From Phenylobacterium sp. (GTDB lineage Bacteria > Pseudomonadota > Alphaproteobacteria > Caulobacterales > Caulobacteraceae), in contig NZ_JANPJP010000358.1 of assembly GCF_031425575.1 (NCBI RefSeq), positions 1 through 60,109 on the forward strand: DNA of 60,109 nucleotides. Reading direction: 5' to 3'. The position numbers and the translations under genes were made by a program. Shown here one piece after another: positions 55,027 to 60,109 of the stretch (positions are counted from its first letter, which is position 1; each line of letters begins with the position of its first letter). Under the pieces are notes generated by a model. It was not told where the DNA came from. It saw nothing but the letters and a program-made list of their open reading frames with translations, and made no database searches.

Positions 55027-57645
55027 CTACTCCGCGAGGGCCTTGGTCGCCAGCTCATAGACGTTCTTGGATAGACCTTCGGTCGCGGCGATACGCTGGA
55101 GCTCCGCCTTCATCAATGCCCCCAATTCGGGGGCATAGCGACGCCAGCCGCCCAGCGGCTCCACGAACCGCGCGGCGGTCATGGGGTTGAACCCATCCAC
55201 CGCCAGGATGATGTCGGCCAGGAAGCGGTAGCCGGCGCCGCTGGGGTCGTGGAAGCGGGCCGGATTGCCGGTGGCGAAGCCGGAGACCAGGGCCCGCAGG
55301 CGATTGGGGTTCTTCTGGTCGAAGGCGGGGTGGGCGGTGAGCCCCATGACCCGACCAAGAGCCTCCTCAGAAGGGTCGCGGCCCTGCAGAGAGAACCACT
55401 TGTCGATGACCAGGGGCTCGTTCTTCCAGCGTTCGTAGAAGTCCGCCAAGGCTGAGTCGAAGGCTTCGCCGCCCAACTGCATGAGGGCGTTCAGGCCCCC
55501 CATGGTGTCAGTCATGTTGATCGCGGCCCGGTAGTGTCCGTCAGCCAGGGTGGTGATCTCGGCGCGGGGATTGGCGGCGAGCAGGTCCAGGGCGGCGTTG
55601 CGCAGGGCGCGACGCCCGGCGCTCGCGGCGTCCGGTGAGAACTCTCCCAGTTCCTGTAGGCCGATATGCAGGCGCTTCAGGTCGTCTTCCAGGTGTAGGG
55701 CCAGCCGTGTGCGCAGGGCCTCGCGCGCCTCATGAATGGCGGCGGGGTCGGCGGGCTTCATGGCCATGGCCAGGTCCGCCTCGGACGGCAAGGCGAGCAG
55801 CAGCGCCTTGAAGGCCGGATCGGCGGCCTGGTCGGCCAGGCCGCGGCCCAGGGCCTCGGCATAGCGTTCCTCGCCCACCTCGTCGGGCCGGCCGGCCGCG
55901 CGGCTGGAGATCAGGGCGCGGGCCAGATCCTGACCGGCCTCCCAGCGGTTGAACAGGTCCGGGTCGCCGGCGAGTTGGACGTAGCGGTCCTTGGGCTGGG
56001 CGTCGGTCTCCAGGGTCACGGGCGCCGAGAAGCCGCGCAGGGCCGAGACCACGGGCGGGGAATCAACGCCAGTGAAGGTGACGCTGGTGGAGGCGCCGTT
56101 GAGCACCACCACCGTCTCGTCCAGGGCCGTCCCGTCGCGCACGAAGGCCTGGGTGCGGCCCTCGCCGTCCAGCAGGCCGATGCGGACCGGCAGCGGCAGG
56201 GGACGTTTGGTGGGTTGGCCGGGCGTGGGCGCGGTGGCCTGGGTCAGGTCGATCTTCAGGGTGCGGGCGTCGGCGTCATAGCTGTGCTTCAAACTTACCT
56301 CCGGCGTGCCAGCCTGCTCGTACCAGGCGAAGAACTCGGTGAGGTCCTCACCAGTGACGTCGGCGAAGCAGCGGATGAATTCCTCCACCGTGGTGGCATG
56401 GCCGTCCCAACGGTCGAAATAGAGGTCCATGCCCTCCCGGAATTTCTCATCACCGATCAGGGTTTTGAGCATCCGGATCACTTCGGCGCCCTTCTCGTAG
56501 ATGGTCGCGGTGTAGAAGTTGTCGATCTTCAGGTAGCTGCCGGGGCGCACCGGGTGCGCCAGCGGGCCCTGGTCCTCGGAGAACTGGCGGGCGCGCAAGG
56601 TCTTCACGTCCTTGATGCGCTGGACCGCCTCGCCGCGCATGTCGGCGGAGAAGCTCTGGTCGCGGAAGACCGTCAGGCCCTCCTTCAGGCACAGCTGGAA
56701 CCAGTCGCGGCAGGTGATGCGGTCGCCGGTCCAATTGTGGAAGTACTCGTGGGCCACGACGCTTTCGATGCGCTCATAGTCGAGATCCGTGGCGGTCGCC
56801 GGGTCGGCCAGCAGCAGGGAGGAGTTGAAGATGTTCAGCCCCTTGTTCTCCATCGCCCCGAAGTTGAAGTCGCGTACGGCGACGATCATGAACAGGTCCA
56901 GGTCGTATTCGCGGCCGAACACCTCCTCATCCCACTTCATCGAGCGCTTCAGCGCGTCCATGGCGTAGGCGGCGCGGTCGGACATGCCGGGGTCCACATA
57001 GATCTTCAGATCGACGGTGCGGCCGCTCATGGTCACCAGCTTGTCGGCCAGTTCGTCCAGCTCGCCGGCCACCAAGGCGAACAGATAGGCGGGCTTGGGG
57101 AAGGGGTCGTTCCAGACGGCGTAGTGACGACCGCCAGGCATGACGCCGGATTCCATCAGGTTGCCGTTGGAGAGCAGGCGGTGGAAAGCCTTGTCGGCCT
57201 CGACCCGCACGGTGAAGCGCGACAGCACGTCGGGGCGGTCGGGGAACCAGGTGATCTTGCGGAAGCCCTCGGCCTCGCACTGGGTGCAGAAGCGGCCGCC
57301 GGACATGTAGAGCCCGTCGAGGGCCTTGTTGGCCTCCGGGTCGATCTGGACCTCGGTTTCCAGCACGAAGCTGTCGGGGACATTGGGCACGGTGAGATAT
57401 TCGGCGTCGATAGTGCGCTCGCTCTCGTCCAGCACCTTGCCGTCCACGGCCACCGAGATCGGCTTGAGCCGTTCGCCATTCAGCACCAGGGGCTCGGCGT
57501 GCTCGCCGTTGCGGGTGATCGACAGGCGCGCCTTCACCCGGGTGGCGTTGGGCGCCAGGTCGAAGACCAACTCGGTCGTGTCGATCCGGAAAGCGGGCGG
57601 GCGGTAGTCGGTGAGCCGGATGGGCTGGGGTGTCTCTGTGCGCAT
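55027..57645 (-). CDS. pepN: Aminopeptidase N
   Basis: TQCEAEGFR, GAMENKGLN, HEYFH..LKEG, YEKGAEV; ATG 57645. Confidence 0.96.
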   Translation of the reverse strand: MRTETPQPIRLTDYRPPAFRIDTTELVFDLAPNATRVKARLSITRNGEHAEPLVLNGERLKPISVAVDGKVLDESERTIDAEYLTVPNVPDSFVLETEVQIDPEANKALDGLYMSGGRFCTQCEAEGFRKITWFPDRPDVLSRFTVRVEADKAFHRLLSNGNLMESGVMPGGRHYAVWNDPFPKPAYLFALVAGELDELADKLVTMSGRTVDLKIYVDPGMSDRAAYAMDALKRSMKWDEEVFGREYDLDLFMIVAVRDFNFGAMENKGLNIFNSSLLLADPATATDLDYERIESVVAHEYFHNWTGDRITCRDWFQLCLKEGLTVFRDQSFSADMRGEAVQRIKDVKTLRARQFSEDQGPLAHPVRPGSYLKIDNFYTATIYEKGAEVIRMLKTLIGDEKFREGMDLYFDRWDGHATTVEEFIRCFADVTGEDLTEFFAWYEQAGTPEVSLKHSYDADARTLKIDLTQATAPTPGQPTKRPLPLPVRIGLLDGEGRTQAFVRDGTALDETVVVLNGASTSVTFTGVDSPPVVSALRGFSAPVTLETDAQPKDRYVQLAGDPDLFNRWEAGQDLARALISSRAAGRPDEVGEERYAEALGRGLADQAADPAFKALLLALPSEADLAMAMKPADPAAIHEAREALRTRLALHLEDDLKRLHIGLQELGEFSPDAASAGRRALRNAALDLLAANPRAEITTLADGHYRAAINMTDTMGGLNALMQLGGEAFDSALADFYERWKNEPLVIDKWFSLQGRDPSEEALGRVMGLTAHPAFDQKNPNRLRALVSGFATGNPARFHDPSGAGYRFLADIILAVDGFNPMTAARFVEPLGGWRRYAPELGALMKAELQRIAATEGLSKNVYELATKALAE

Positions 57646-57753
57646 CCCCAAGGATTTAGGCCATCCCGGTCGCCAGGGCGAGCGCCGCGGCTGCGAAAGT
57701 CGCGCCGACCGCCATGTCGCCTGCGCGACGAACAACAGGCGTCAAACGGTTGT

Positions 57754-57767
57754 TTGAGTTTTGTCAA
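57754..57767. promoter_or_regulatory. FNR/FixK-like box upstream of ompW
   Basis: TTGAG-TTTT-GTCAA (TTGA-N6-TCAA). Confidence 0.55.
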
Positions 57768-57839
57768 AGCTGAGCTTGCGAGATGGCGCGATGTCCCCAC
57801 CAGCACGGCGCTCCCTCCGTGCCTTGAGGGGAAAAGAAG

Positions 57840-58487
57840 ATGAAAGTCACCACCTACGCCCTGGCCCTTGGCGCGGCGCTCGCCCTGGCCGGAACCGCCC
57901 AAGCCCAGGACTTCCAGGTCAAGGAAAAGGGTCTCCTGATGCTGAACGTTCGCGCCACGGCGATCTCGCCGACGGCCGACGACGCCATCACCACCGCCGC
58001 GGGCGCGCCCACCGGCCTGCACGTCGACGTCAAGGACGACTACAAGCCGTCGCTGGGCCTGTCCTACTTCCTCACCGACCACGTGGCGGTCGAGGTGATC
58101 GCCACCACCAGCCAGCACACCATCAAGGCGCAGGGGCCGGGAACCGACGTCACCGTGCACAAGACCTGGGTCCTGCCGCCGGTGGTCTCGCTGGAGTATC
58201 ACTTCGCACCGACCGCCAAGGTCAGCCCCTATGTAGGCGCCGGCGTGAACTACATGCTGTTCCACAGCGGCAAGGATCAGAACGGCTTCAAGGTGGAGCT
58301 CGACGACGGCTTCGGCTACGCCCTGCAGGCTGGCGTCGATGTCGCGGTCAAGGGACCGTGGAGCGCCAACGTCGACGTCAAGAAGGTGTTCTTCGAGACC
58401 GACGCCAAGATCAATGGCGGCGCGCTGAAGTCCAAGGTGAAGCTTGACCCCTGGGTGCTCTCGGTGGGCTTCGGCTACAAGTTCTAG
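57840..58487 (+). CDS. ompW: OmpW family outer-membrane protein
   Basis: Signal peptide, WVLPP..YHF, SPYVGAGVNY, LDPWVLSVGFGYKF. Confidence 0.93.
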   Translation: MKVTTYALALGAALALAGTAQAQDFQVKEKGLLMLNVRATAISPTADDAITTAAGAPTGLHVDVKDDYKPSLGLSYFLTDHVAVEVIATTSQHTIKAQGPGTDVTVHKTWVLPPVVSLEYHFAPTAKVSPYVGAGVNYMLFHSGKDQNGFKVELDDGFGYALQAGVDVAVKGPWSANVDVKKVFFETDAKINGGALKSKVKLDPWVLSVGFGYKF

Positions 58488-58491
58488 CCCG

Positions 58492-59067
58492 CTACTCGGC
58501 GGCGTGGGGAGCCGATTCAGCTATCGGCTCATCCACGCTGGCCGGGACCTCCTTGAGGTACTGGTCGATCTTCATCGCCTGTTCGGCCAGGCGCTGCAGC
58601 TCGGGCGGCGCTCCGGGGGTCTCTTCGATCATCGCCATCAGGCGCCGGGCGACGGACAGCAGGCGGGGCGACGAGGCGATCAGCCGGGCCTGGAATTCGA
58701 TCTTGTGGGGATCGCGGTCGTACTCGGCGCCCGGTGTGCGCCAGCCGCCCCAATCATTGGCGTCTGTGACCACCACCGGGTAGCTGCCGGGATAGGGGTG
58801 GTGGCGGCAGTTGTCCGGCGTCTGCCACTTGTTGCGGGCGCGCAGCAGCCGCCAGTTGGCGCCGTCCTCGGCCAAGGTGTCCTCGGAGTCCTGCTCCGGC
58901 TTAAGCTCATGGGCCTGGAAGTCGCGGCCCAGGCCGACGTCGTAGGTGACCCGCACGGGCTCGTCGAAGCCGCGCGCCCAGACCGGCACCAGCTTTTCGA
59001 CGATCGCCCAGGCGCCAACGCTCTCGACCCAGACGCGCTGGTTCTTCTGGAATATCGCCTTGGCCAT
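58492..59067 (-). CDS. Hypothetical protein
   Basis: 191-aa ORF with host codon bias, W/Y/P-rich core (HHPYPGSYPVVVTD..WGGWRTPGAEYDRDP); no recognised domain. Confidence 0.75.
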   Translation of the reverse strand: MAKAIFQKNQRVWVESVGAWAIVEKLVPVWARGFDEPVRVTYDVGLGRDFQAHELKPEQDSEDTLAEDGANWRLLRARNKWQTPDNCRHHPYPGSYPVVVTDANDWGGWRTPGAEYDRDPHKIEFQARLIASSPRLLSVARRLMAMIEETPGAPPELQRLAEQAMKIDQYLKEVPASVDEPIAESAPHAAE

Positions 59068-59117
59068 CCGCACGCCCTTCGAGCTCGCCCACAGGTGCGC
59101 ATAAGAGCCTGAAATCC

Positions 59118-59132
59118 TTGACGCGAGGTCAA
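59118..59132. promoter_or_regulatory. Palindromic operator-like site
   Basis: TTGAC-GCGAG-GTCAA between divergent genes. Confidence 0.5.
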
Positions 59133-59209
59133 TCTTTCCACGGCGCGCGAGGCGCGTATGTTGACGCGCGAGGAAACTTCAACCGGCCGGAACCGGCGGA
59201 TGGGCGAGC

Positions 59210-60109
59210 ATGAATTTCGATTTTTCGGATGACCAGAAATCCCTGAAGGGCGAGGCGCGCAGGTTCCTCGAAGCCAACTGCCCCACCAGCCGCGCCCGGG
59301 GCGTGCTGGAAAACAGCACCAGCGGTTATGACGCCGACCTGTGGAAATCGGTGGCCGGCCAGGGCTGGCTGGGCGCGGCCATTCCCGAGAAATTCGGCGG
59401 CCTGGGCCTTGGCCACCTGGAGCTCTGCGTGATCGCCGAGGAACTGGGCCGCGCCGTGGCGCCAATCCCCTTCGCGTCGACCGTCTATTTCCTGGCCGAG
59501 GCCATCATGCTGGCCGGCAACGACGAGCAGAAGACCTACCTGCTGCCCAAGATCGCCGCCGGCGAAGTCATCGGCGCCATCGCCACCTCCGAAGGGCCTG
59601 GCGCCACGACGGCGGCCACGCTGCAGGCCACGGTCACCGACGGCAAGCTGACCGGCGTGAAGATCCCGGTGACCGACGGCGACATCGCCGACGTCGCGCT
59701 GGTGCTGGCCAAGGAGGGCGGCAAGCCCGGCCTCTATCTGGTGGAGCTGGCCGGCCAGGGTGTCACCTGCGAGGCGGTGAAGACGCTCGATCCCACCCGC
59801 GACGCCGCCAAGCTCACCTTCAAGGATGCGCCCGTCCGCCGCGTGGGCGCGGCCGGCGCCGGGATCGAGCTGGTGGAGCAGGTCTTCGACCGCGCCGCTG
59901 TCCTGATCGCCTTCGAACAGTGCGGCGGGTCAGACCGCTGCCTCGAGATGGCCAAGGAATACGCCCTGGAGCGCTACGCCTTCGGCCGGGTCATCGCCTC
60001 GTATCAGGCCATCAAGCACAAGCTGGCCGACATGTACGTCAAGAACGAGCTCGCCCGATCCAACGCCTATTACGGAGCCTGGGCGCTCAACACCAATGCG
60101 CCCGAGCTG
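59210..60109 (+). CDS. Acyl-CoA dehydrogenase (3'-truncated by window; absent from the ORF track)
   Basis: MNFDFSDDQKSLKGEARRFL..GWLGAAIPEKFGGLGLG..EELGRAVAP..RYAFGRVIASYQAIKHKLADM. Confidence 0.93.
   Translation, partial: MNFDFSDDQKSLKGEARRFLEANCPTSRARGVLENSTSGYDADLWKSVAGQGWLGAAIPEKFGGLGLGHLELCVIAEELGRAVAPIPFASTVYFLAEAIMLAGNDEQKTYLLPKIAAGEVIGAIATSEGPGATTAATLQATVTDGKLTGVKIPVTDGDIADVALVLAKEGGKPGLYLVELAGQGVTCEAVKTLDPTRDAAKLTFKDAPVRRVGAAGAGIELVEQVFDRAAVLIAFEQCGGSDRCLEMAKEYALERYAFGRVIASYQAIKHKLADMYVKNELARSNAYYGAWALNTNAPEL

Noticed and set aside
55732-57843. Long antisense ORFs (e.g. 55732-57843, 19249-20973, 39682-41121, 27646-29031, 29107-30591)
   Set aside because: Shadow frames opposite well-supported genes, an expected artefact of high GC3.

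Overview
This is a GC-rich alphaproteobacterial chromosomal window, most likely Caulobacteraceae (Phenylobacterium/Caulobacter-like, inferred from gene content and synteny). It is unusually rich in cell-cycle and polarity genes: mucR-mopJ, cckN-divJ, a DUF2336 protein, pbpC, pleC and a Cle-type c-di-GMP effector. It also carries core genes (prfC, rsuA, uup, dnaJ-class, feuPQ-like TCS, ccmIEFH, degP, uzcRS-like TCS, glnE, an ECF sigma cluster, pepN, ompW). No rRNA, tRNA, CRISPR array, integrase or transposase was seen. Most notable non-annotated signals: (1) an unannotated ~260-nt multi-hairpin RNA candidate on the minus strand at ~18617-18880, preceded by a DnaA-box cluster and a GcrA-type GANTC site; (2) two paralogous accessory cassettes (membrane AraC regulator + sterol-desaturase-family gene) that share an identically spaced operator-like palindrome CTAGCCG-N11-CGGCGAG, each desaturase with a damaged or lost DUF2147 tail; (3) four co-oriented REP-like palindrome doublets with semi-conserved variable spacers, one splitting the uzcR-uzcS-like operon; (4) an orphan brnA antitoxin preceded by a near-complete brnT deletion scar. 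Orthology calls come from recalled motifs and synteny, not from database searches.
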